Shown in pieces: positions 13,135-26,991 of a stretch of 64,000 nt of DNA (position 1 is its first letter; each line of letters starts with the position of its first letter). The notes beneath the pieces are model-generated. The model saw nothing but the letters and a program-made list of their open reading frames with translations, did no database searches and had not been told where the DNA came from. The DNA is from Octopus sinensis. Lineage: Eukaryota. Made by a program: the position numbers and the translations under genes. The DNA is taken from NCBI RefSeq assembly GCF_006345805.1, contig NC_043020.1, positions 24,304,001 through 24,368,000 of the forward strand. The letters are read 5' to 3'.

Positions 13135-14598
13135 TGCAAATGGTGCCAAAGAGCGAAAGAAGTTAATAAAATAATGTTCTCCCTTATCGTATTGCAGCTC
13201 TTTGAAATGCCGAGTTCGAATCTCAGCGAGGTTGAGCATTTCGTTTCATGTTAATAAGGTTCTGTAAAATAATTATGAGTAAACTGGAAGCCAAGGACTG
13301 CAGCCGAAATAAAGGATGAGCCACGCCTCAAATAGTGAGACCTTCCTCAATTCGTAAATGTTATTACAATTGCTGTCACTATCATTTGCATCGTTATTGA
13401 TCTGACCATGAACGATTTTTTATCGAAAACATTCGTATTATATTCCTCCTATCAACTGATCCGGAATGATGTGGTTCGATCGCTGTTTGAACTGAAGATG
13501 TTTATTTTGAAAGACGGAATGCTATAATTTTAGGGTTCTTTAGTATCTATTTCTAGCAATTTGAATAAATACACAGCAACTTTGTTGTTGTTGTTGTTGT
13601 TGTTGTTAGTGGTGTTTTTGTTATGGTTTCCTGTCGGTGTTGTAATAATTAGCGTGTATTTGTGTAATTTCAGTGATGCTATTAACACACTTAAAATTTT
13701 GTAACCACTATCACCACCGTCACCTTCATACCACCACGGGCCGCACTGTCATGACCACCACCAAAATCACTACAGCCACAGCCATTACTGATACCACAAC
13801 AATCACAACAACAAGGAACACCAGCACCAGCAGCACCACCAGCAGCACCACCAGCACCACCACCAGCAGCACCACCATCACCAATATCACCACTTTCGCT
13901 ACTAGCTTCAACTCTTATTCATCAATCAACGCTAATCCGTCAATCACCATTAATCCAGTAATGAAGAATTACTTTGTGAAAGTTCAAATGTGAGAACATA
14001 TTTGTTGGCGTTTTATGGAATATTAATGGTAAGGAATGGAATTTCATTTCCAATTCTTCACTGGTAGCGAAATCATTTTCTTGTTTTGTTTTTTAATGGA
14101 AACCCCTGAAGCAACGAAAGCCAAAATAAGTTGGTCCTGGCGGCAAATGGAACTGTGACATACATAGGGAGAGACAATGAGATATTGGGAAGTATTTGCC
14201 CTGGCGCTTCTGACGATTCTGCGAGCTCAGTTGGGCAATGGTTATTGAGGAAAGAATTTAGAGAGGAAAAAAGGAAAGACTGAATGAATGAATAAATGTC
14301 AAAAAAGGAACGAAAGAAAAGTGAAGAAAAAGAGATATGAAAAGTAACATGAAAGACCAAGCAACAGCAATGTAAACGGTGACGATAGATAGGTAGGAAG
14401 ATGGATGGATGGATGGATGGATGGATGGATGGATGGATGGATTGATAGATAGATAGATAGATAGATAGATACATAGGTGAATGAGTAGAGGGATAGGTGG
14501 GCGGATTGATGAAGAGAAAGATAAAGAGGGAAGAGAAGGTGAGAGGCAAAGAAAGAAAGCGTATGTCAATGTTTCACTATGTGACTATTTATCTGGAA

Positions 14599-14640
<42 letters not shown>

Positions 14641-14641
<1 letters not shown>

Positions 14642-15197
14642 GAGTGAGAGAGCAGTTCATGCCATCAAAGTGACACTGGGGTAAAATATACGAAGCCCAA
14701 TATACCCATCATGACTACCCGTCTGATAAGGGTACACCAGGCACATGCATCAGAACCATATGTGCGCGACATGGTGATTTCATATCAAGATAAACAGCAC
14801 ATTACCTTGCAGGTGGGGCCCAGTTAGAATTTTCTTCATTTTGAGTAGCCCATCCCGCTCAAAAGGTCCCTGAATAAGGGTTGTTTAAGGATGTTGAAAA
14901 AACCACCCATGTCTCCAGAGGTGAATTATTCAAACCCCAAAGAATCCCTCTCAACACATGGCTATGATGCTCCCCCACTACTTCTGCTCGTGATCAGAGA
15001 TGCACATATCGTCAGCCACTAAGGGACATGCTCAACTGGTTAAAGTCAAACAACTGACAAGCAAATCTGTGGTATTGAGCAGAATATTTGCTGTAGCCCA
15101 TCTTTTATACCAAGACAAAACAATGTACATGATGACACTTCCAATCAGTTAAGATCAGAAGCCATGAGAGCCACTGCCTGGTACTGCATCAGGGCAT
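14641..15197. mobile_element. Unclassified ~560-bp interspersed repeat flanked both sides by (TTA)n
   Basis: Second, inverted, highly similar partial copy at 50341-50715 and a fragment at 50826-50905; no ORF. Confidence 0.8.
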
Positions 15198-15217
15198 TTA
15201 TTATTATTATTATTATT

Positions 15218-15430
15218 AAGGCGGCGAGCTGGCAGAAGGGTTAGCACGCCGAGCGAGAAATGCTTAGCGGTATTTCGTCCGTCGCTACGTTCCGAGTTCA
15301 AATTCCGCCGAGGTCGACTTTCCATCTCACCCTTTCGGGGTCGATTAAATAAATACCAGTTACGCACTGGGGTCGATGTAATAGACTTAATCCCTTCCCC
15401 CAAGTTGCACTTGAGGCAAAAATTTGAAAT
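15218..15430 (+). mobile_element. Family A SINE, well preserved
   Basis: AAGGCGGCGAGCTGGCAGAAGGGTTAGCACGCCGAGCG...GTTCCGAGTTCAAATTCCGCCGAGGTCGAC. Confidence 0.88.
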
Positions 15431-15502
15431 CATTCTTAATGTGATAGTGTATCGAATGTCGTGCTTTGCTCTTGTGAATAACAGATGTCTGCATCCGTAA
15501 TA

Positions 15503-15624
<122 letters not shown>

Positions 15625-15642
15625 GTATATACATACATATGT

Positions 15643-15961
15643 GAGGTGAGCGCTTTAGTGGTTAGGGTATACGATTCACTACCCCAAGGCTGTGAGTTCG
15701 ATTCCTGGCGGTTCGTTGTGTGCTTGAACAAGACACATTATTTTACGTTTCCTCGCATTCAGCTGGTAAACATGAACTGCAGCTGTATTTCAAAAGGGCC
15801 AGCCTTGTCACATTCTGTGTCACGCTGAATCTCCCTGAGTACAACATTAAGGGCACACATGTCTGTGGAATACTCAGCCACTTGCACGTTCATTTTAGGA
15901 GCAGGCTGTTCCGTTGATTGAATCAACTGGAACCCTCGTCGTCTTAACCGACGGAGTGCCA
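15643..15961 (+). mobile_element. tRNA/CORE-type SINE family C (OR2-like; name unverified), full length
   Basis: TTAGTGGTTAGGGTA (A box), GAGTTCGATTCC (B box), GTGTGCTTGAACAAGACAC (CORE-like); ends CGTCTTAACCGACGGAGTGCCA; paralog at 35646-35972. Confidence 0.85.
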
Positions 15962-16223
15962 GTACGCACACACACACACACACATAAACACACACACACA
16001 TACTCACGCACGCTAATCCATTCTATTTCTAAGTGTGTGTGTGTGTTTCTCTATATTGATTTATAGACACATACATGTACGATTAATGAACTAGACTTTC
16101 TCTTCATAATCATGTTCATCATTTCTTTGTGCCTCACTTTTTCGCGACTTCTCTTTGTTCAGAAGCGCGTATGTGTACATACGTGCGTGTATACATACAT
16201 ACATACATACATACATACATACA

Positions 16224-16270
<47 letters not shown>

Positions 16271-16276
16271 TATATA

Positions 16277-16316
<40 letters not shown>

Positions 16317-17476
16317 TGTTGTTTGCTTTTATTTTCGTTTCTGTTTGTGAATGTATGCATTGCCAGTGGGGGATGAATTCCCGCGATGCTCTATTACACC
16401 AGTAATTATCTCCCCCTTGTCTTCCACTACTAACACCAGGGGTTTCGCTAGCGGTCAGATGTGGTCGGTCCAAATCAAGTTATCAGAATTAAGACGATGA
16501 CGACGATGACAACAACGAAGGAGACGAGGACAACAATATCCCCCCATCCTACTCCTCCTCTTCTCGCCCCACCTCCGCCTCCGCACTGTGTCTCTCGCGA
16601 CACGGTGGCACACACACGAGACCTGCTTAAGTCTATTATCTTAAACTTAACACCATCCTACATTCACAGATGCTCCTAAGGAGGGATTATTCATTCTCGT
16701 TCCACATTCACTCACCCATACCATTAATTCTGCTACGATTGTAGAATAACGAATTCGGTTCCTAGATTTTAGCTCACAGACTCAATGTAAAAATGGATTT
16801 AAATTTGGTTCTAATTCATGGCTGATAAGAGGCTTTTTTTATTTGTTTCTTTCAGTTCCATCTTCGTTTTATTCATTTATTTGTTTTTGTAGCTTTCTGT
16901 GTTTAAGGATCCACGACTAGTTTCTGATTGGCAATCAACATTTTGTTGTTATTTAATTTTTTATATGCTCTTTTTCGTTTGTGTTTTTGTGTTATTGTTT
17001 ATATTGGTGGTGGTGGTGGTGGTGATGCCGGTGCAGGTCGAAGTCATGGTGGTGGCGATGGTGGCTGCCGTGTTGATGTTGATGGAGGCGAAAGTAATGT
17101 TGCTCCCTTCAGCGATAGACATTAATTTGTTGAACTGGTTATTTACCTAACTAAAAACAGTTTTTGTAACAGCCTCTGCACAAGCGTATACAATCACACA
17201 CATTACAAACATACGTGTACACAATCAGTCATAAATATACATACATACATACAAGCTGATATATAGACGGTCATATATACATCCAGCTATAGAAATAAAA
17301 GCATGGCCAGATGGTTAGGAAACTTGTTTTGCAATTATAAATTCGCAAGATCGATTCCACCATTTGAGATCCCGAGCGAATGTTACAACAACGAGGCGTC
17401 GTGCTCAGGACCACGTGATTATGAAGTGAAAATCTTAATCCCACTACATCCTCAAAATCTCACACGTGAAGGTAGA

Positions 17477-17576
<100 letters not shown>

Positions 17577-17800
17577 CAGACAGATACAGACAGAAAGAGA
17601 GAGGTATGTTTATAAATGCAGTTAAGCTCTGTAGACATGATTAAAGGTAGCACAAAAAATGTTTAAATAAAAATGAGGAAAAGATAGCGTGAGAAGAATT
17701 TAAGAGATTTTACCTTCTTCATTCTGTACTTTTTTGTGCTCTACGTAAATATATATATACCAATCTTACCACTGTTTATCCATCTTAGTCTATCTTTCTT

Positions 17801-17832
<32 letters not shown>

Positions 17833-18193
17833 CATAAATACGCACATACATACATACATACATACATACATACATACATACATACATACATACATACATA
17901 CATACATACATACATACATACATACATACATGTCAGGCCTGGAGAATAACCCATTTCGATTTGATCACAAATACTAACAGGATTTGTTAATTCTTCACTC
18001 AAAATAAATAATCTCCATAAATTAAAATTTAATCTCGTATTGAATATAGTATAGTTTGATTCGTCATTATTGCATATATATATATACCAGAGTAAGCACG
18101 TAAATGTGAAACAAAGTGGAAGAAACAGTACTCGAATACCGAAAGTAGAGTAATATCCACTCATTATTAATAAAACTGCAAACACATCACAAA

Positions 18194-18235
18194 AACTGTT
18201 ACTCAGAGTTTCATGTTCCCGTTCTTCGTCATGTT
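18194..18235 (-). ncRNA. Degenerate type I hammerhead ribozyme motif (left arm)
   Basis: Minus strand ACATG-ACGAAGA-ACG-GGAA-CAT-GAAA-CTCTGA-GTA-ACAGT: intact stem III and GUA triplet, core and stem I mutated. Confidence 0.55.
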
Positions 18236-18257
18236 TGGTTGAGAATTCTCAACCAAA

Positions 18258-18297
18258 ACTGTCCGACGAATGGGAACTTGAAACTCTGAACAACAGT
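18258..18297 (+). ncRNA. Degenerate type I hammerhead ribozyme motif (right arm)
   Basis: ACTGT-CCGACGA-ATG-GGAA-CTT-GAAA-CTCTGA-ACA-ACAGT: intact 5-bp stem I and core, cleavage triplet mutated. Confidence 0.6.
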
Positions 18298-18329
18298 GTT
18301 TGTGATGTCTTTGCAGTTTTAGTAATAAA

Positions 18330-18412
<83 letters not shown>

Positions 18413-18984
18413 AGAGAGACTCCTATCCATGTATGCCACAGGATCCTCTGACATGTTTTTCTGATATAACATTTTTCATATTTCATAAAAACACAACGAC
18501 CAACACAACAGGGAATATTTCAACAAATATCAAAATACTTTAACGAAGAAAGAGTTTTGGACATTAATCCTTTAACAGAGGAATAGCATAAAAAACGTAA
18601 AGGAAGTGAGGATAAAAATAAAAGCGGTTGATATATATGCATATAAATATGGTGATGGGGCTTGGTAAAGAGCACGGAGAAGGTTTAACGATCTTTTACT
18701 AGGAGGACGTAATTTCCTTGCGTTGTTTTCTCTGGAAATAAGTTCAATTTCACCATATCAAATTAATATTTTATCCTTCGCATGCAAAAGTTATATATAT
18801 ATATACATACACGCGTGTGTGTATGCATATAGGTGTGTGTTTATATATGTGTGTATGCATGGTTGTACCCGAGAGAATGCTATTGAGATAAACAGAAAGA
18901 TAGGTAGAAACATAGATAGTTAGATGGATAAATATTTCTACTTAGATAAATCTATATCTACAGATCCATACATATCTGTCTATA

Positions 18985-19825
<841 letters not shown>

Positions 19826-20070
19826 TCAAACTACGTAAGTATACACAGGTAGATAATACACCGCATTAGTTTACACTAAAGTATATGTAACCGCGATAGC
19901 TAGATAGTGTATAAACTCTCTCTCACACACACACAATACACTATATATTCAGTATTTATAGTTGGCATCATTGTAGACTAACCAGTGTCACATTATACAC
20001 ACACAGGCACACAGACGCAAATATACGTATCTACTAGTGTCAAACTGTATATATATATATATATATGTAC

Positions 20071-20104
<34 letters not shown>

Positions 20105-20543
20105 CATATATATATACATATATATATATATACACACACAAACACACGCACACACACACATGTATATATATATAAGGGAGAGAGAGAGAGAGAGAGCGTA
20201 TGTGTGTGTGTGTGTGTGTGTGTGTATTTTGAAATGCAAATTTATTTCCAAGTAGATTAACTTACACAAGAAGAGGATTATATTTTTCTAATCTAAATTT
20301 ACGTAGATTTCTCTGGGTTTACAAACTTATATATGTATAGATATATACACAGGTGCGTGCATGTACATATTTATATATATTTCAGTGTATATTTATAAGA
20401 ATTCAGTCTTATGTATGCATGTGTGTATTCCACTGTATATACGAAAATAACTGATCAATTCAAGTACAATAAAACGTCAATATTATGTTATTTTAATCGA
20501 CATATTTATGTATGTATATATCTCTCTATCTGTCTATCCATTC

Positions 20544-20595
<52 letters not shown>

Positions 20596-20598
20596 CTC

Positions 20599-20700
<102 letters not shown>

Positions 20701-21164
20701 GCTTTTATTTATCTATGTGTTTTTGTGTGGTGGTGGGTGTTGCTGAAAATTTGTGTCTGTGTACGTATGTTTGTGTGTGTATATGTTTATTTCTCTGTAT
20801 GTCTGTGTAGGTGTGTGTGTGTATTACTGTAACTGATATTTATGTATGTAGAGAGGGATATATGTACGCATATGTATACATTGATATACACATAAGCACA
20901 CACACACAGACATATGTATACACACACGCATGTACATGCATGCATACATATCTGTGTGTGTATGTATATATACACACAGACACACATACACACACAACAT
21001 ATATATATGTATAGTGTAATACAATTTGTTATGGATCACTCAATCAAATGAAATCGAAGTCAATAGGATATGAAATGAGGAATAAACAGATATACGAACA
21101 GAAATCTATAAGACTAGCTACGAAGATTAGGATATACGCTTATATATATATATATATATATATA

Positions 21165-21203
<39 letters not shown>

Positions 21204-21707
21204 TGGTGGTGTGTGTGTGTGTGTGTATGCACACACAACATATCTGCACGCACGTTTCTACCAATGATCCTATGTATACGGATTCTTGTGTGTGTATATA
21301 TCTATCTACATATCTATATAAAAAGACATACAATATAGACACATTAAATTGACTGGCATGTGTATATATATATGAGGGAGAGGGAGAGATTGATTGATTG
21401 ATTGATTGAAAGAGAGGTAGGAGGAAAAGATATGGTTTCTAGACATACGGGAAAATGCTTTCATCTGGAATATGGTGTAGCTCGAAACCGGGTCACCCAC
21501 TTCATATACAATATCTGTCGCTATGAAAACGTAACATAGCAGACGCGTCTTCTACTTGAAACTATTTCTTGGCAATTTATTGTTTTTGATCACCTTTTCT
21601 ATTGGTTTTGATGATTCGTTTTAAAACACGAACGGTTACGTAGAAATACAAACGTCTATACACAGACACATACCACCCAATATTTAAATATATACGTGCG
21701 TATGCGT

Positions 21708-21755
<48 letters not shown>

Positions 21756-22578
21756 TGTGTTGTGTGTGTGTGTGAGTGAGAGAGAAAGAGGGAGAGAGAG
21801 AGCCGGGCCGATAGATTGATAGATATGCTCACACACACACATATATACACACAAAAGGAGCTTCTATTACGGATTATGTGTGTTGCTTTCGAAAGTCGAT
21901 TTATATGTTTAACTTTGAGTCTTAGTCGGTTTAGTTCGGTGAACAGAAAGAGAGGAGGAAGAAATGAGTGAGAGTGTGAGAATGAAGTGCTAAATATTCA
22001 GAGAGGGTACTTGAAAAAGATAAACTACAAGGGTTTAACGTGCACACACACATACACACACATACACACACGCCTGCGCGTGTACACGCATGTATAAATG
22101 CACACGTGTGTGTGTATTTTTAGTTCAGTCAGTAAAATCAAAGGTGTCTATCAATCTTCATTGATTGGATCTTTGATTGATATATCGATATGCTCTGACA
22201 CTGATTGATTGATTGGGCTGTACGCGTATACATAAATCTGAATATGTGAATATGTGATTGTATGTGTGTGAGTGTAAGAAGATATATAAATGGAAAAGTC
22301 TGAGATCTAGATAGATGTAGGCAGATAGATAGACAGACTGATGGTCGGTTGGATAGATAGAGAGATAAATGGCCAAACAGATCGCTGCATATACAGAGAG
22401 ATTGATTGAGAGATACATGAACAGATAGGCAGATGGATAAATAGGTGCTTATAGAGATGTGTACCAACATGTTTATATCTAGTTTGTTATCCACGGTTTC
22501 TTAAGGATATGTATATATATATATGTATACACACACATATATATACACAAAAACACATACACGCACACACACATACAT

Positions 22579-22619
<41 letters not shown>

Positions 22620-22831
22620 TACACAAATATATATATATATGTCATTATGTATATATATATATATATATTCACACACACACATCCTCCTCCCACTCATATT
22701 AGATATACAAACGTGTATGAATAAAACACAAGAAAGTATCCATCCATTTATATATACAGGTATTTTTAAGATATGAACATATAAATATTATGCTGTATTC
22801 ATACACACACACACATTATATAGATATATAT

Positions 22832-22887
<56 letters not shown>

Positions 22888-23275
22888 CATAGAGACAGAT
22901 GTTTGGATTCATATATATATTATATATAACAGAAAAAGAAATGAACACGAAAAAGCCATTTACAAAAAAACATCACTAGTAACTGTATCTATGAAATATA
23001 ATGCACCTACCTCGTTTCTGGCATTGACTGGATTTTCTGCATGATATTTTGATAAGTATAATAGAGCAGATTGTCAATAATATGTATTACCCCATTAGCA
23101 ATTGGAATATTGGCCAGGATGATTTCCGCTCTTACTTTATTATTCGACACATAAACTAGAAAGTGAAAAGAAATAAAGAACGAATGATGAACAGAAATAA
23201 ATATATATATATAATGTTAACAACAATGATAATAACAATAATAGTATTAATAATGCATATAAGAGAAACGATGTG

Positions 23276-23316
<41 letters not shown>

Positions 23317-23779
23317 TATATAACAAAATTTTTTAAAGGTGCAAAAAAAACAATAAAGAAGGAAATTGTTTGAGAGAAAAAATATCAAACAATGCAACGG
23401 AAGAAAGAAAACGAAATTATTAAAAACAAAATGGCTGCCGCAAACATGTTTTAGCGCTCTGACTATGTAGATAAATTGAATAAGTATATAAATGTATGAT
23501 TGTGTGAAAGCAATGATAGATAAATAAATATATAAATATATGCCTGTGTGAGTTTATGGGTTTTTGTGTATCTGTTTGCTTTTATTATTGTGTTGAACAT
23601 GTTTCTATAAATTGGGATATTTTTTTTGAAATTGAATATGTCAGCATTCATGCATTCTATAGTATTTTATTAATTTTATTTCGTTTTGTTTATCATTTTT
23701 TCCTCTTAGAATATTATTTCTGTTTGTTGTTGTTCGTATGGCTATTGTTATTATTGTCATTGTTGAAGTTATTCATAAT

Positions 23780-24325
23780 GAGAGTGGCGATCACATCTTT
23801 TCTGAGTGGGTAGTGGGTCTTCTTCGAACACACAACTGTAGGGAATGATCACTTCAAACTGAGAAAGCACACTTGTGTTTTGGTAAATCACAGTAATCCA
23901 AGATCTATGGGGTTCTTTGGTTGTCCTGAGGTGTCTGTCCTCGCCATTGAAACCATTTCATTGCAAGTGTTTCTTTTCGTTCTATCTTTATTATATTCTT
24001 CATTTCTGTTTTCGTTAATCAATGCAACACTCGCAGCGGTTTCGAATTTTCTTTGTAATATTTCCAATTCAACACTCTTTTACCAATAAAATTGTTATCA
24101 TTATTATTATTATTGTCGTTGTATACTCTCACTGAATAATCGAGCAGATCTCTCTACGCCTTGGGTAAGCACACGGTTTTGTTCTGGTTTTGTGTGTTCC
24201 AGTGCATGGGGCCTATACTATGCGGAGTGGTGTGCTTGTGTAATGACTTAGAGTGATATTTTCTGTGAGTTGTGTTGGAGAGAGGGACGAAACTTTGCGA
24301 GTAAAATTCCTCGGTATTCGAGCTC
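23780..24325 (-). mobile_element. Possible Penelope-like N-terminal remnant with adjacent inverted pseudo-LTR
   Basis: Minus-strand frame ...PIDLGLL*FTKTQVCFLSLK*SFPT...LRKDVIATL loosely resembles the PLE N-terminal NLS...LT..E...LS.GL.F.PT motif; plus-strand hammerhead-like motif at 24257-24307. Confidence 0.35.
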
Positions 24326-24912
24326 GACTCGTGGCGAATTAAGCATCATGAGTCTTTGGACAGAGAGATAGATTATGTTTATAATAACATCAGCATGGAC
24401 CCTAATGACTTTCACACGATCTCAAATGCTGTGGTCGGTTCATGTAGCAGAGGTGTGAAAGTTAATTTTCCTCAATACAAGACGAATATCCATTGTTTAT
24501 ATCTATCACAGTTACAAGCAAAGACATGTAGATGGCAGAATTTGGGAAAAACAGAACAGCATTTCTTTGAATGAGAAGATAATCCGGGAGTAAGTGGATA
24601 GAAAAGGTTTATACCTCTGCTTATGAAGATTTGGATCGGATTAAATTCCCTCACACGTGAAGAAGTATAACAGGATCTCCAAAAAGCTATCAAGAGATTA
24701 TCGTAATGGAGAAAAGGTAAAAATCTGTCACTATATACACTATGTTCAAAACAAAACTCAATCTAAACATAGGTTGGAATTCTCAGATATAATTCTGACT
24801 CTACATTTGTGCTCCAGTATGTATGCGAGTCACAGTAAGAGATTTTGGACACGATGTGGACGAATGGCTTGAAATGATGTTTGTGTTACGACACGAGAGT
24901 GGTCAAAGCAGG

Positions 24913-25140
24913 TTTAAAACTTTAGCATTCAGATTTCTTTCTCAAATTTGATGCTTATTTATTTCCATTCTTTTGAATTAATCCTGCGTTATTTTGTAAC
25001 TTCAAAACTTCAACGGTGTTTATGTTTATGCTTTCCAGTTTCAGCTCTTGAGCTGTGGCCATGCTGGGGCATGTTTGTGTATTTTTAGAAAGTCATTGCA
25101 GGGTAAGTGTGAGAGGCTGGATCTACTCAGATTTAACGAG
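24913..25140 (+). mobile_element. piggyBac-like MITE remnant interrupted by a family B SINE tail fragment
   Basis: Begins TTTAAAACTTTAGCATTCAGATT; homologous inverted copy at 31438-31657; insert GAGCTGTGGCCATGCTGGGGCA. Confidence 0.5.
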
Positions 25141-25149
25141 ACAAAGAGT

Positions 25150-25490
25150 ATGACATGAACGGTAATGGCAGAGAGGCTAAATCTTACATTTGTCGGAGTA
25201 AAACACACTTGAGGGCTGAATACTGGGAAGAATTGTGAAATGATAAATAAAACAAGGTAGACCGAATTATGAAGAGGATTATATAAGGAATAATCAACAA
25301 CAAAGTAGCATCTATTTGGGGATCTCTAAAGAAATAGCTTTAGGTCGAGTATCATAACTATATGAATTAAAACTTCGTTTCCTAAATGTACAGGCATATA
25401 GTCCTACACCTTCATCTGAGGAGGAAGAAATAATAAGCACGGAACAAAACTCCCAAATATTCCATGAAAATCTAAAGGGAAAAATATGAA
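25150..25490 (+). pseudogene. Highly degenerate apurinic-like endonuclease fragment of an RTE-type LINE
   Basis: MAERLNLTFVGV; GIINNKVASIW; LRFLNVQAYSPTPSSEEEEI...FHENLK resemble APE motifs (IIQVYAPT...EEIEEFYE.L). Confidence 0.45.
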
Positions 25491-26546
25491 AAATTGCAGA
25501 AAATAAGCGAAGAAAACCAGTTCGTTCCATCGGCAGCGAAATCCTCCTTACAAATTAAATGAAAAGAACTAAGATCAACTAAGAAATCACACAAAGAATT
25601 CCTTAGTTAAATTTTCCATCTCTGATGGCACGGACTCTCTCAAGAAATTAGAATTGTACAAATAATGCTCAGAATGTAATTAGGTTCCAAAAAATAGATT
25701 ACAAAAGAGAAAAAAATTTAATGACATTATACCGAACTTCAAAGAAAATAATACCTTCGCGATGTCGGCATTTTTCAATACCATACGTTTAAAAAATGTC
25801 TGGTTTAGCATTTTCACTTGCAATTAAACACAACCAAAGAAATAGTCGTGAATTAGTTCGTGGGCGACTCTAATCAAACCAAGCCTAAAAATCTTCATTG
25901 ATTTTATAAATTTAAATTATATCAAGTTTTAATTCTGGTATTTTATTATTGTTTTTTTTTGTTGTATTTATATCCTAGCCAATTACTGTGGTGTTATCAT
26001 TACAGATATCGCTAGTGTATGTACGAGAAGCAATTGTTTGTCAAAATAATCTATGCACAATTTAATTAAATTGCTTCATGTATATGCGAATATAAATTAC
26101 TATAATGTAGACTCGACTCTCTGTCCCATTAAATTATCTCGGACAACTATTTTTATAACGTAGATTTAACTACATATTTACCATAAAACGTAGATTTAGT
26201 TATATATTTACCATAAATAGTTAAAAGCCAACTGTCACATGCAAACGAGTATGAGTTAGAAGGTTTTTGCTAGTTGAACCATGTTTTTTCTACCAAAAAG
26301 CTATATGTGACCACAGTAACAGAGAATGTCACTCTAGAATTGATCTTTTAAACCACAAACGATGCCGTTGCGAAATGAAAAGAAACTCCATGGATGTTGA
26401 TCACGTTCAGTCGTAACGGAGAGGCCCATGTCATTCGATTATTGCATTTCATGAAATAGGTTCGCCTATAAATTCCTCCCAGATGGGACTAAAGCTATAA
26501 TGGCAGAAATAGAAGGCTATCATGCCTCCATTACATTTATTATGTG

Positions 26547-26800
26547 AAGCGTAGCTTAGTGGGTTCGATTCCCGGCGCATTGTCTTCTGAAACAAGACAC
26601 TTCATTTCATATCGTTGCAGTCCACTCGTCTGTACATGGTTAACCCTGCAACGGTCAAGCCTTCCGATCAGAGGAAATCGTAGCCTACCCACCTAGCTAG
26701 CAGAATCGCATCATTCCAAATCTAAAAGACAAAGCAAAGCGCATTGTAACCAGCGATGTGTAACAGCTGACACACTGGTCGAACACGTGATCACGTGATA
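26547..26800 (+). mobile_element. CORE-type tRNA SINE related to family C with a different tail
   Basis: GCGTAGCTTAGTGG...GTTCGATTCCCGG...AAACAAGACACTTCATTTC; ends GAACACGTGATCACGTGATA. Confidence 0.6.
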
Positions 26801-26826
26801 TATCTCTTATACAGGTTTCAACGTTT

Positions 26827-26991
26827 TGCACAAAGCCAGCAATTTCGGGGAAGGGGTAAATTGACCACATTGATCCCTGCTACTTATTTTATCGACCTCT
26901 CTCTAGAATTTGAAATCGGAACATAAAAACAGACGGAATATCGCTAATCATTTATTCCGGTCTGCTAACGATTCTGCCAGCCCGCTGCCTT
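26827..26991 (-). mobile_element. Family A SINE
   Basis: GCACAAAGCCAGCAATTTCGGGGAAGGGG...GCTAACGATTCTGCCAGCCCGCTGCCTT. Confidence 0.8.

Larger units (their letters stand above)
18083..18330. mobile_element. TA-flanked non-autonomous element containing a 165-bp inverted repeat with two hammerhead-like motifs
   Basis: Arms 18164-18245 and 18246-18328 are reverse complements; perfect 24-bp central palindrome at 18234-18257; (TA)n on both sides. Confidence 0.75.

Noticed and set aside
15120-15197. Canonical HDV-like ribozyme call
   Set aside because: Helix order fits, but P1.1 nucleotides and the J4/2 catalytic context are missing and P3 is mismatched; kept only as a structured terminus.
15643-15720. 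tRNA-like sequences (also at 28648, 35646, 45963)
   Set aside because: A/B boxes are present but run into SINE bodies with no acceptor stem; these are SINE heads, not tRNA genes.
26157-26216. 30-bp tandem duplication
   Set aside because: Two diverged copies; ordinary slippage duplication with no further structure.
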